Shown here: one piece after another, positions 38,844-50,826 of the stretch
How the letters are laid out: each line of letters opens with the position of its first letter
Position numbering within the stretch: position 1 is the stretch's first letter
NCBI GenBank assembly: GCA_049999805.1
Contig: JBNGIO010006257.1
Location: 81,675-145,674 of the forward strand
Length of the DNA: 64,000 bases
Direction of reading: 5' to 3'
Source of the DNA: Folioceros fuciformis
Taxonomy: Eukaryota
The notes under the pieces: model-generated
The model's input: the letters and a program-made list of their open reading frames with translations, nothing else
Told to the model about the DNA's origin: nothing
Databases searched by the model: none
Made by a program: the position numbers and the translations under genes

Positions 38844-40344
38844 TCAAGGACTCCACCCATCGTACTCGTCCGCAAACATGTCGTCCACCATGAACATCTC
38901 ATCAAATACATCACCGTCCGAGTCCAGCTGCGACGCCATGCACCATTCCTCCAAGTCACTCAGCCAGATCTCATCATAGCGATCATCGTAGCTGTCCCAG
39001 GGATCGCCCACATCATCATCATCATCATCATCATCCAGATCATCGTCCTCATATACATCGCGATGAGTCTTGAACAGCCACGTCTTGAGCTTCTTCACCT
39101 TGCCTTGAAGTTCCTCATCCATTATCAGTTTGCCGCAATTGCGCACATCCAGGTATTGCAGGTCCTTGCAAGACTCCAGTATTGCCAGCAATCCAGTGTT
39201 CGAGAATTGCCCATATTTCAGCTCAAGGTGCTGCAGCTTGGACATGTTCTGTGCGATTGCAAGTGCCTCGCTCTCAGATGACACGTCACTCCCTCCTCGC
39301 ATGCGCCTCCTGAGGTCAAGCAAATTGCCAGCCTTCTTGCCGATGTTCTCAAGAGCCACCTCCGACAGCACCTGACAGTGACTGATGTTCAGTTGCATCA
39401 GAGCTGGGAACTTGACTTCCTCGTCAAAGAAACAGCCATCCGAAATGGGACTGTTCGGAATGAAGAGCTTCCTCAGATGCGCGCATCTGCAAGGGCAAAA
39501 ACCACGCACACGTCAACAACACACGGCCAGATACACCCCTCCTCTGCCAAAAACTCGCACCATAAGACAAGACGTGCGATACCTCGGTAGTCAAACATTC
39601 CTTTATTTGTTTTCCTTCTTACCCTTCTTACCCATCACAAGGCAAACAATCCGAAACAGCCAAGACACATTTTAACCACAAGTGATCCGAGACCGAGCAG
39701 AGCCAAACATCCAACAGTAAACTGCCCACACGAACAAGATTCGACGGCGGATGAACAGCATGAGAAACCAGCACCACCTTGTCGCAACGTATCGAATGGA
39801 GTCGTCAGACCCGACGTTTGTGACAATGAGCTCCTGAAGACCACCGCAGCTACGATCAACCACCAGCCTCACCATGCGATCCACTGTACCCGTCCGATCC
39901 TTGTCCGTCTTGCTCCACTCCTTCTTACTCCAGCTGGAAAGGTCCACGACCTAATGAAGCCATGAAGCTGCAAGGTGAAAAGACGACACCACTGCCAAAC
40001 ACAGGCCAGGAATCCAGATCCAGCATTCCAAGAAACTCATGCCAAGAACAACGAATCACCTGCCAGCACGAAGGATCCAGAGCAGCTCTCCTCCAAGACT
40101 TGCACACCAGTGGCACCACATTCATGAGCTCCTCGAACGACAGCCTACTGAAGATGGCTGCCAGAGCTTCCGGCAGCATGTCTGCCCAGGCGCACAAATC
40201 TTGCATCAGGGCTTCCTCAGGCTTCCCCTCCTCCGACGGTCTTGCAGATCCCGACTCTGCTCCGAGCGAAGGGTCATCAGAATTTCTGTCTGTCCCGCTC
40301 CCCACAGGCGGCACCAGCTGCCCACCAGCCATGCCATCGGCCAT
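38844..40344 (-). CDS. F-box/LRR protein, FBW2/SKIP1 family (FBW2-like)
   Basis: F-box WADMLPEALAAIFSRLSFEELMNVVPLVCKSWRRAALDPSCWQ, then VDRMVRLVVDRSCGGLQEL, EALAIAQNMSKLQHLEL, LQYLDVRNC and an acidic Trp-rich tail ending WSP. Exons 40344(or 40383)-40060, 39950-39778 and 39486-38844 are phase-consistent. The architecture parallels Arabidopsis FBW2 as recalled. Confidence 0.85.
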
Positions 40345-40654
40345 GTCAGGCCACCAAACCCTCCTCTCCGCTCTCTCGGCCATCAGCCACCTGCATAACT
40401 GCTTTAACACCCAGCAAACCCCCAAGCCGACAGCACCATGCAGTACTATGTCACTCTTCCACCCAGTTTGCATCTTGCTTGTATTGTTACCCGTCGCAGC
40501 CTACGGTTTTTGCGGACTACAGTACATAGTTTAGGTTTCCATGAGATGAAATTTTAACGCAGCTAAAACTTCTGTTTCTATAAGTATGTAAGTCTCTCAT
40601 TCAGCACTTTATAATAAGTGGACGGTACTCACTGGGACCTTGGAAATGCACCAC

Positions 40655-41552
40655 CTATAAGCATGTGTTTTGCTTGGTTGCTGCCCTAGGTAGGCAATGC
40701 AATGCATTGCTACACATAGTGGGTAATGTATGGGCAATGCATTGCTAAATATGGTTGCTACTTCAGGCAAGTAGCTATACATGGTTGTTGTCCTAGGCAT
40801 GCAATGGATTGCTACACATAATCCTTGTCATAGGTAAATAAGCATAATTATACATGGCTGTTGTCCTCAGCAAGCAATGCATTGCTATACATGATTTTTG
40901 TCCTCAGCAGGCAATGCATTGCTACACATGATTATTGTCCTCACCAAGCAATGCACTGCTACACATGATTGTTCTCCTCCACAGTAATGTAATGCTATGT
41001 ATGGTTGTTGTCCTCGTCATTGCTAGACATGGTTGTTGTCCTTGGCAAGCAATGCATTGCTATTACACATGGTTCTTGTCCCACATGGTTGTTGTCTTTG
41101 GCAAGCAATGCATTGCTATTACATAGGGTTCTTGTCCCACATGGTTGTTGTCCTTGGTAAGCAATGCATTGCTATTACACATGGTTCTTGTCCTCAGCAA
41201 GCAATGCATTGTTACATATGGTTGTTGTCCTTAGTAGGCAATACATTACTACACATGGTTGTTGTCGTCGACAGGCAATGCAATGCTACATATGGTTGTT
41301 GTGCTCAACAGGCAATGCATTGCTAGACATGGTTGTTATCCTTGACAGGCAATGCAATACTACATATGGTTGTTGTTCTCAGCAAGTAATGCATTCCTAC
41401 ACATGGTTGGTGTCCTAAGTAGGCAATACATAGCTACAAATGGTTGTCGTCCTTAATAGGCGATGCAATGCTACATATAGTTGTTGTCCTTGGCAGGTAA
41501 TGCATTGTTACACATGGTTGTTGTCCTAGGCAGGCAATGCATTGCTACACTT
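40655..41552. repeat. About 40-bp minisatellite (roughly 20 degenerate copies) with palindromic core GCAATGCATTGC
   Basis: Consensus approximately CAGGCAATGCATTGCTACACATGGTTGTTGTCCT, repeated head-to-tail. Confidence 0.92.
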
Positions 41553-41700
41553 CATATTCTCATATCCTCAGTAGCCAAGTAAGAAGGAAATAAGAAGGCT
41601 ACTTTCCTAGTAGCCTTACATTCTACCCAACAATGGGGTTGAAACAATCTTGTTTTCTGTAAAAGTATATAGCATGAGCCCTTGTTGCTAAACAAAGAAC

Positions 41701-41902
41701 TATGGAGTATGTGAATAACCCATTGCGAGTGACTAAATCTGATCAAACTCGAGGTTGAATCCCAAAATATGGAGTATGTGAATAGCCCATTGCGAATGAC
41801 TAAATCTAATCAAACCCTAGGTTGAATCCTAAAATATGAAGTATGTGAATAGCCCATTGCGAGTGACTAAATCCAATCAAACCTGAGGTTGAATCCCAAA
41901 AC
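41701..41902. repeat. About 67-bp tandem repeat x3
   Basis: TATGGAGTATGTGAATAGCCCATTGCGAGTGACTAAATC...GGTTGAATCCCAAAA occurs three times. Confidence 0.9.
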
Positions 41903-42101
41903 TTCCTCGTAAGAGAAACACCAAGGAATGTGCATGCTTACCGTAGCGATCACTGAACAAAGTACTAAGGGTTGCATCTTGAAAAGCATTTTAACATTTT
42001 GAATCAACCCATTACTGCATCCTCCATTAATTTTATATGGTTTCGTCTTCTTCTTCCAAGAGAACCATTTCTTTTCCATTCGAAGAAACTTGTTTTTTTT
42101 G

Positions 42102-42250
42102 TTACAAAAGTGGTTCTCACTAATGTCAAGCATGATCATGTGTTGTCGTTACAAAAGTGGTTCTCACTAATGTCAAGCATGATCCTGTGTTGTCGCTTAG
42201 GTGTGGTTCTCACTAATGTCAAGCATGATCCTGTGTTGTCGCTTAGGTGC
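42102..42250. repeat. About 45-bp tandem repeat x3
   Basis: GTGGTTCTCACTAATGTCAAGCATGATCCTGTGTTGTCG occurs three times. Confidence 0.9.
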
Positions 42251-43065
42251 ACGCACAAAGTAATTACTTAATAATTAAGTTATAGCATTGACAATGATTA
42301 ATAAATATTAATAAGATAATTATATAATATAATATATAATCAACTAAATGTGTGGACATGGAGTGGATTTTGTGGTGTCTGAAAGAAGCAAACGCTTCAC
42401 TTTTACAAGCTTGCTACAGGCTTTTATGCAAGCTACTTGAAGCTTGCTGCAGCCACGTCCACATAACTACTTCCTTGGAGGCCTAGGTTATTGTGTAGAG
42501 GGCGGTTGTGTTTCTGCCTATATGGTGGCCTCCGTAACCTTTCTGTTGAGGCTCCCTTACAAGCCCACAACTTACATCTCAAAGGATATAATATCCAATT
42601 AGAGATTTTATCACAAGAGAAGGAGGAGGAATTCATCTTTCACAAGGGGCATGTAAAGAAAACCCTCTTGCAAGGTTACTTTATTTATGTTGCTTATTTG
42701 TTGTGTGATGTTGTTATTTAGTCTTCCAATGTTGCATGTCCTGCGATTACACATTGTGTTTATTGACACATGGGAACCATACTATGTACTTCAAAATCTT
42801 TGTCGTTGTACACAAAAGGGAAAGTTAAAAAGGTTTTTCGATATAATCACCTAGTGTTATGTTAGTGAAAAAGAACAAGTACATACTTAGGCAACTATTA
42901 ACTTGAAGGGTGTGTGAGTATTTTGGGTTCAATCCCATATATCGAAATGAATACTTCATTTTGAAAAAGCTAAAGAAAGAAAGACGTAATTTATCATCTA
43001 CCCTAAGACCGAGGTAGAGGAAACAAATCTTGAAAAGCCATCACCTCATAAAATTCCATATTGTA

Positions 43066-43093
43066 TTTAGGGTTAGGGTTAGGGTTAGGGTTA
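43066..43093 (+). repeat. Interstitial telomere-like (TTAGGG)4
   Basis: TTTAGGGTTAGGGTTAGGGTTAGGGTTA. Confidence 0.85.
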
Positions 43094-43450
43094 TATTATA
43101 ATAGTAATTATTTAAATACATATATTTACAAATAAAAATAGATTAATAAAGATAACTACTTACTTATGTAGAGTAGGGGACTTTCTTAATAAAGAAACCA
43201 TCTAGGTTGTTAAAAAAACAACACGTGTTCACTTCTTAAAGAGTAGCTTTCTAATTTTAAAATTTTCTTATCCATGCTCATGATCGGTCTATAAGTATCA
43301 TCATGTAGGTGGTGTCATAACATTAAACTTATCCAAGACAAGTGAATCCACATGCATTCCATACTAAAATTTTAATATTTTTTATTATATTAATTGTTTC
43401 GTAAAGTTTCAACTTTATTACATTATAAGTACTACCCCCTATACCTTGTG

Positions 43451-44788
43451 ATGGAAGACCCAAAACTTCTCCCTCCAAGTGAAGCCATCCATGAGCTTGA
43501 ACGAATATTAGGTTATACATTTATAGATAAAAGTATTCTCTTGCAAGCAATAACTCACAAATCCCTTAGGAATGACAAATGCTATGAGGTGAGAAAGGAG
43601 TTAAATTTATTTAAAATAAATAAATAAAATATGAAATCACATGATGTTAAAGATAGGTATTTATATCGTTTCTTATAAATCATGTGTTGTGATTTATTGT
43701 TGTATCAGAGACTTGAACATCTAGGAGATAGCTTACTTAATTTTATGTTAAGTAAGTACTTCTATAATACATACCCCGATGCCTCAGAAGGGGACATGAC
43801 CCACATGAGGATAATGATGGCAAATAACGAGTCGCTTGCCAAAATTGCAAAAAAGCATAATATCGGCTCATACATACAACATAATGACAAACAAATTCAT
43901 GCACGACTCATAACGTGCTCTAACAATACTCATGTTATGAATGAAAAAGAAAGATGTTTAAAGGTATTGATTTAATTTTATTGAAATTGATGCATGTGCG
44001 GTGTATGTTTGTATGTTCAACATGACAATTTTATTAGAATAACTAGATAACTTATGTCAACACGTTGTTTTGAATAGATTTTAGCAGATGTCATAGAAAG
44101 CATAATAGGTGCAATTTTTCTTGATACAAAAGAAGATATTCAAAGAACATGGGAAATCACGCAACCTCTTCTATCACCCATTGTCACTTTACAACGTAAA
44201 AATATGAGTTCGATTGAAGAATCTCAAAATAAATTAAGTAAGCTTTCTTACAAAGTAATCTTTTGGTAATTGAAAACATGAATTTGTATCTAAATTCTGG
44301 TTTTCCTTTTGTAGAGGACGGAAGTTATAATGAGCATTCGCCAAAAGTTTCTCTTTCTCAATATAAGTCGAAACTTAATGAAATTTGTTTGCAAAGACGT
44401 TGGCATTTACCAGTATACATTGTAGACACCATGATAGGATCCCTTCATGAGACAAGGTAAGATATAGTTTTTATATATTTAAAATAGAAAGCTACAACTT
44501 AACAGTCATGCTTATCACTAATGTTTTTCAATGTTTAGATTCACATGTACAGTGAAGCTCGGGATCACGAATTCCAATACCAATGACATTATTCACACTA
44601 TTGTTTGTAGAGGTAGCCCTCAAACAAATAAGAAAGAGGCTGAAAGTGCAGCAGCTCAAGTTGTACTTAAGAAACTCTTCTCTCAAGAACAACTTGTTCA
44701 GGGTTCTCGTAAGAGATTTCACAACGTTTGTAAGAATATAGAACATCAACCTATCTACTACAATAATAGCCCATTGAGAAGAGTTTAA
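43451..44788 (+). CDS. RNase III + dsRBD protein (RNASE THREE-LIKE, RTL-like), 5 exons, 314 aa
   Basis: Exons 43451-43588, 43709-43963, 44078-44237, 44315-44456 and 44539-44788. All introns are GT-AG and phase-consistent (945 nt including stop). LERILGYTF...LLQAITHKS, signature YERLEHLGDS, KILADVIESIIGAIFLD, and dsRBD YKSKLNEICLQRRWHLPVY...FTCTV...KKEAESAAAQVVL. Confidence 0.92.
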
Positions 44789-47217
44789 ACAAGTACAAGT
44801 GCAAGACATGAGCCAAAGCAATTGGTTGCGTGTATAGTTAAGCACACCATATTTTGTCACCATGGCAATTAATGTTGTTTTAAGTGGAAAGTGTATGGAT
44901 AAACAAAAAGACTTTAGGGCATGAATTTTTAGCCGTACACACTTTGTTACAAGGACAAATTAAAATGGGCTACTTATCACACATGTTCAATAATTATGAA
45001 TGAATCTTTTATTCACTGAGGGAGAATGGGTTTGTGTTATTGATATGGTCATCATAGATCCATAAAGACCTCTCAAAGATGATATGATAGGTTATAGTTA
45101 GGTAAAGTTATCCACAACATAAATTATACTTAAAGGCATATGATTTATGAACAATTGCATAGGTAGAATTTAAATGTTCTTCTTATGCTGAACACTTTAA
45201 TCGAATCTAATTATCATAGTTTAGTGTGTATCATAGGGTGATAGTATCATAGTGTGATTCCACACAATTCAAGAAAAACACTGGTGATAGAGCATTAGTA
45301 ACTCTAATTTGTGTGGAAAAGGTGTTGTCTCTGCCACTCTCAAGTCAGGAACTTATTAGGAGTAGAATTGACAGCGTGAATTCCAATATAAATCGTGCAA
45401 TTTCATAATGCAAACAAGAAATTAAGTAAGGCATCAACTACTTGATTGATCTTCTGCAACTTATGAACCTTAGGCTATAAGAATTTGTAACTAACGGCCC
45501 TCATGCAGTTGTGGATCAGCAGAACCATGTCTTGAGCACTTTCGCTACAATTGAGAGGAGCAGTCCTAGCGGAGGTGCAATCCGTAGGAGGATTTGAAGT
45601 GTCGCTAGACAACATGCAGCCCTTTGCAATGTAGATCATGTTTGCAACAATTTNNNNNNNNNNNNNNNNNNNNNNNNNNNNNNNNNNNNNNNNNNNNNNN
45701 NNNNNNNNNNNNNNNNNNNNNNNNNNNNNNNNNNNNNNNNNNNNNNNNNNNNNAGACAACATGCAGCCCTTTGCAATGTAGATCATGTTTGCAACAATTT
45801 GATGCAGGTAGGCGCCTACCTGCAGCAAAGGGACATAACCATGGTTTATGGTGGTAAAGACCCAGCCTCAGTTAAATCCCTGTTATGGAGAATTTGGGGA
45901 TAGGTTTTAATTGCTGCAGAGGGGATAAGAAAGGCATCTCTGAGGAAGTTTAAGTGCAGGCATTGGAGACAAGCTGGTTTCCTCGCCGCAGGGAACGAGA
46001 TGAGGTGGAACCACTCGTGCCCTTGGAGGTGTTGAGATCTCCTTGATTGCAACAATCACACATCACATGTTAGTACTCCCTCATTGGTACGCAGTATTCT
46101 TCGTAGTTGCTACGTCAGAGGACTAAGAGGGTAGCGGATAGTTAGTGTCATAATCTTAGGGGGATTGGCTCCTTATTCCCCATTTCACGCCTTGTATCCT
46201 TTAACGGCGCAAGCTGTCATAATCCGATCTTTTCCACAAGAAAAAAAGGGACATGATCGTTAGTTCTCAAACCCTAATTCATGTTTTTTTTTTTTTTTGA
46301 AACGATATGAGTTTTTAGGGTTATGGCGTTGTAACCTTTTCTTTATGTCTGATTGCTTTGCTGAGGATGTTTAGCAAACTAATTGTATTAACAAGTCTCT
46401 AAGCTTCAATCATGTTATAGAGTACACACAACATGGCCATTTATATGTCCATGTCCATTGGAACTCAATTGAATGTGCTAGTTAATCAGTTTGGTCATCT
46501 TTGCCTGCAACCAAACACAAGCATGGGTTCATACCAACCTTCAGCCTCGTTCACCTCTAAATTAAAGGAAAAGAATTCTGAGTCTACTTCCTCTGTGAGC
46601 AGAGGATCATTTAGGTCTCCTGTAGAGTATGACAACAATGACTCGGGCTGCACCTAGCTGCTAGGCTAGGTTTTGGTTGGTGGGGCCTCTGGTTATCAGT
46701 GCATGTTGTGTGATGCATAATTCATAATCATACATTCAAAGCAAGGGCTTATGTGCATTATGCCAATATACGCAATGATGCTAATTTGACCATATCTATC
46801 ATAGGGGACATACATACACGGGATTGTTGTTGCTAAAGATATTGTATTTGCAGTTGGACAACACAAGCCGCGAGAACAAAAACCAACTATTATTCCCATA
46901 TCTAAACATGCTTATCGAGCTAGGGATTTTTGAGAAAGTGAAGGTTGGGTTTCTCTCTTAGTGGGTCACACTCATGATGAAGTGGACCAAATGTTCTCAT
47001 GGCATTTGAAGCACAAGGAGGCCAAGTCCCTTCCTATAATGACGGAGATATAACACAATGCATATACACCGGCCCCATAGGTAAAGATACTAACCAANNN
47101 NNNNNNNTTTCTGGCTTTCCTCTCCTGGTAAGAGACTCTCTCTTTTGTCTCCTGGCTAGCTTCCTCTTCTAGACGGTCTTCAGATCCTATCAGAATGAGT
47201 GGGAGCACACTAGGGAG

Positions 47218-47778
47218 TCAGGATGGCAACATGCATGGACTGATTTTCAGGGGGCTGGAAAAATGTTGCTTAAAGCATAAACGGCAACTGGGAAGATTGC
47301 CAAAACAGGTTAGGCAACTCACTATAATAGGTGATGACTGATCTTCAAAAACTGGACAATTCTGGATGTGAACGCGAACCATTTTCAGCCTTGAAGCAAC
47401 ACACCTATACCAAACAGGGGTTCCAGGCCACCTAGCTGTTCCAAGGGTAACAATCCTTGTTTCAGACACCACTCGTCTTGGCTCAGGAAACTTGGGTGAT
47501 GCTGAAGGATGTGGCTTGAGGGAGGTGTACTCGAACTCTCCCCACTCATATTTGCGGGCATTGAAAGAAGCCCTTGAGAAGGTCTGCTTCATAGGTTGTG
47601 GCGGTGAAGGATGACGAGATGGTGCTCCCATGTTGGGACTGGCCGTAGCAGCGGCAGCTGCTTGTCGCCGTTGCTGAAGCACCACTCTGGTTGTTCCCCT
47701 TGGTCTGCCTCTAGGCCGACCAGTTCCTCTGAATGTCCCAGCACCGACAGTCCCCTTTGCAGCAACACTTTGGTTCAT
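47218..47778 (-). CDS. Hypothetical protein with AT-hook (GRPRGRPRG) and C-terminal Cys/His cluster; possibly TE-derived or degenerate
   Basis: 186-aa ORF. C-terminal segment RCVA...HIQNCPVF...CLTCFGNLPSCRLCFKQH. No family recognised. Confidence 0.4.
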   Translation of the reverse strand: MNQSVAAKGTVGAGTFRGTGRPRGRPRGTTRVVLQQRRQAAAAATASPNMGAPSRHPSPPQPMKQTFSRASFNARKYEWGEFEYTSLKPHPSASPKFPEPRRVVSETRIVTLGTARWPGTPVWYRCVASRLKMVRVHIQNCPVFEDQSSPIIVSCLTCFGNLPSCRLCFKQHFSSPLKISPCMLPS

Positions 47779-49465
47779 AGCTGAGGTAACGAACCGCCCC
47801 AGAGCATCCCTCTATAAGATCCAACGCTTGGGACGTGAGAGGAGTTCTTCAGACTCCGAGGAAGACATACCGCCCAGTGGTGTGAGTTTACGCCCCAGAA
47901 TCCAAGAGAGAATGAAAGCCAAAACGTAAAGACACGCTAACGTACACGCAGCGGACCTGAACCGGGCCGTCTTCATATCGTGCGGTTCCATTGCGATCCG
48001 AGGAGGTCCAGTTGCTGAATCCGTTACACACTGTGTAGAGTAAGCTGGCCGAGCTGCCTACTCAAGACCTTCCTGAAGCTGGAGACAGTCCTCTGCGTCC
48101 TCTGCGCAATGATCAATAAGTGGGAGGAAAGGAAGATAGTGTGTTGATTCATTACTCAGGGTTTTGTTATATCCACATATATAGTGTGTACGCGTATATA
48201 GTTTAACGTATAGCCACTTACCCATTTCGCTAGGGTTACGTCTCTAGCCCAAAGGTCATGTCTTTTCACAATTAGATTAAGTCTAGTTGCTACGCTGTGT
48301 TACTTACTTCATATTCTTATGAACATATGAAAATGTAATGTAATTACTAAATACGTAATTGATCTATACCATTAATATATTTCGTTATAAGCCTCCTGCA
48401 GATTCTAGTGTTGATACTCTTGAAACAGACGTAGACACAGTAGATCAGCCACCCTTCTTCCGCTCGCAAATGCTGTGGAAGGGCAGCGATGATCTGCAGG
48501 CCGCTCGCAGTGGGCTGGACGCGGGTAGCTCCTGCGCCGCATTCGTGAAGTTTTAAGAGCTGTGGCGTAGGGGGGTACTGTGCTGACTGCTGATGCTTTA
48601 GCCATGAATCTACTAGGGAGGCCCGGACGAAACCTGGCCTGTAAGCTACGGGAGCCTTGGAAGGGATAGCCTGTGGCTCAGTGAGAACTTCCTGGACCTG
48701 CGTTTGAGATCCTCATCGTGAGTGAAAGTCTCTTACGAAGATGAAAAAGTCGAGTGACATGAATTCTTGCCAGCAATTGTAACCTTGTGTGCCGAGCCCT
48801 TGGATGAGGCAGTGTCTACTCGCAGGGTCATCTCCATTGAAGCTTCTAGTGCCCTGAGGCGTCATTTTGAAGTAAGGGACCCGGTCATGGAGAAGGAAGC
48901 AGGGTCTGACGACTCGTGCTGGCATCATTCTACGGGATGCGTACATGATCAGGTTTTGTGTCTTTCCTGCATAGATTTCGTCGGTGCAGACTTTTGCAAA
49001 TGTGTGCATTTTTTAGACCTTTTTTTGTCTGTGTTTTCAGACGTTGATGATGGGAGACTGCGGGTACAAAGCTCGCGACAGCTATCACTGTGCGCCCTCT
49101 GCTTCAGGGCGCAGCTTCTTGGAAGAGTCTTGGTGCTGAGTAAGATCGGCACAGAGTCTGTACAAGGGCAACGTGAATGACTGGCCTTGTTGTCTGTGCG
49201 TCGAGAGGGGCTTGCCGCGAAATAGCAAGTGAGTAGCGGAGTGTACAGAAAGAATTTAAAACAGAGAAGTATGACAGCGACGGGCGAAGTGTACCATCGC
49301 AATTTGTACATAATCGTGAGCTTGTATTATGCTGTTAGCGAATGCTGACGAATGATTGTGACATCAACTAGTACAGATGAATCGAGAACCAATATTCCTG
49401 TGCTACCTACAAAACTGGAGTTTCACTCTTATTGTGCACCTATGTCCAAATACGGGTACAAGCTA

Positions 49466-50826
49466 TCATGGTTCCCAAGTGTCCCAGCCGTCTTTGTTGG
49501 TCCGTCTCGAGTTCAATCCTTTGGCAGACAGGCTTGGCACCAGTGACCGAGCAGAAGTTCTCGCAGCTTCAGTGTCCTCCCACTCTTCATCATCCCACAC
49601 TTCATCCCATCCATCGGCAGATGAGTCCTGGCCAAAAACAGTTGACATGTCGACGGCCGGAGAACTCATCTCCACTTCCTGGTACTTCGCACCAGCCCCA
49701 TGCCGCTTCCGTGTCTTGATTCGGTAACAGATGCAGCTGCACGTAGTTCCCAAGATAGCCAACACCACCAAGATCCCTCCGATAACTCTCGCGCCCCCTC
49801 CCCACGCGACAAGGCTCTGAAAACTATCAGGGTGTGATGAAGCAATCGGCATCGCTATGGGCACCTCGGCCTCACAGTATATATGTGTGCCTGTCAAGCT
49901 GATGGTGAGTAGCACGGCGGGGTCGGCCGTGCTTGTGTCGATCACACAAATCGTCACCTGCAGGCCACGTGATGAGCTACTCCTGCCAGGAGGACATGCA
50001 AACACATTTGCAATCGATGCAAAGAGTTCGCTTACTTCAGATTCCCCGTCTTTGATCTCCAGCTCACTGGGCTCTACTTTGAGGTTGACTGGAGAAGTGA
50101 TCTTAACCGGCACGCCCTTCGAACCCTCCTGTTTCAGCTTCAAAAACCAACGGTGCTCTGGAATCGTACAAAAACGCTTCCTTCAGCCTCATCAGCAGCC
50201 CGAAGGACACCAGCTCGGAATGAAGGCCAAAACAGCTTACCTTCGTCTCCAGTCTGATTGATGCAGTAAGAAACCTTGCTGTTATTGCAAGGCCGGTAAG
50301 AACAAAGTGATTGAGTTTCCTTAGTCCTGGCATCTTTGTTGACCCTGTCTCCCGGGGGAGGCTGCTGTAAACCATCAAGAGGAGGAGGCGGAGGCGGAGG
50401 CTGATTCAAGATTGCAGGGGAGGGAGGAGGTGGAGAAAGAGAAGGAGCTGGAGGAGGTTCTGATCGCTCCGGCAGTGGAGCTTTCGGATTCGGATCCTTC
50501 GGAGTCGGGACAGATGGCTGTGGAGGACCCTTCCCTGTCGTTTCCCCACCCGAAGTGGATCCACCTTCAGCTACATCAGCCGCCCCCGCTTTCTTAGTTT
50601 CGTCCCCTGCATCATCCCCTTCCAATCTCCTACCACCAGCAAGCCGGAGTGGGTCTCCTAACCTCGTTGCGTCCAGGGCAACCTCATCTTCCACGGACAC
50701 GTCTGTTGCACCTGGTTGTAAGGCGAGGATCTTCCCCGCACCTCCAGCAAGAAGTGACAGCCACACAGTCCAAACTACGAAGGCCGGGAGAGCAGAAGCC
50801 CGCCGTCCTCCTGTATTCGCTGCCAT
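49466..50826 (-). CDS. Conserved plant single-pass membrane protein (signal peptide, Pro-rich ectodomain, TM, acidic Trp-rich tail)
   Basis: Exons 50826-50241 and 50157-49466 (83-bp phase-1 intron). TM GGILVVLAILGTTCSCICY, then KYQEVEM and DGWDEVWDDEEWED...SLSAKGLNSRRTNKDGW. Confidence 0.8.

Noticed and set aside
40655-41552. CRISPR-like array (regular palindromic repeats)
   Set aside because: Units are head-to-tail with no unique spacers, there are no cas genes and the context is eukaryotic. It is a minisatellite.
43451-44788. Dicer-like gene fragment or bacterial rnc contamination
   Set aside because: Only one RNase III domain, with its own ATG and stop and no helicase or PAZ seen. Four spliceosomal introns exclude a bacterial contig.
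45606-45800. Direct repeat of about 47 bp on both sides of the 100-N gap
   Set aside because: Most likely unmerged contig overlap or a collapsed repeat, so not interpretable as biology.
48359-49180. Possible gene remnant right of the island (ORFs 48359-48556, 48767-49180)
   Set aside because: No recognisable motifs or consistent splice model.
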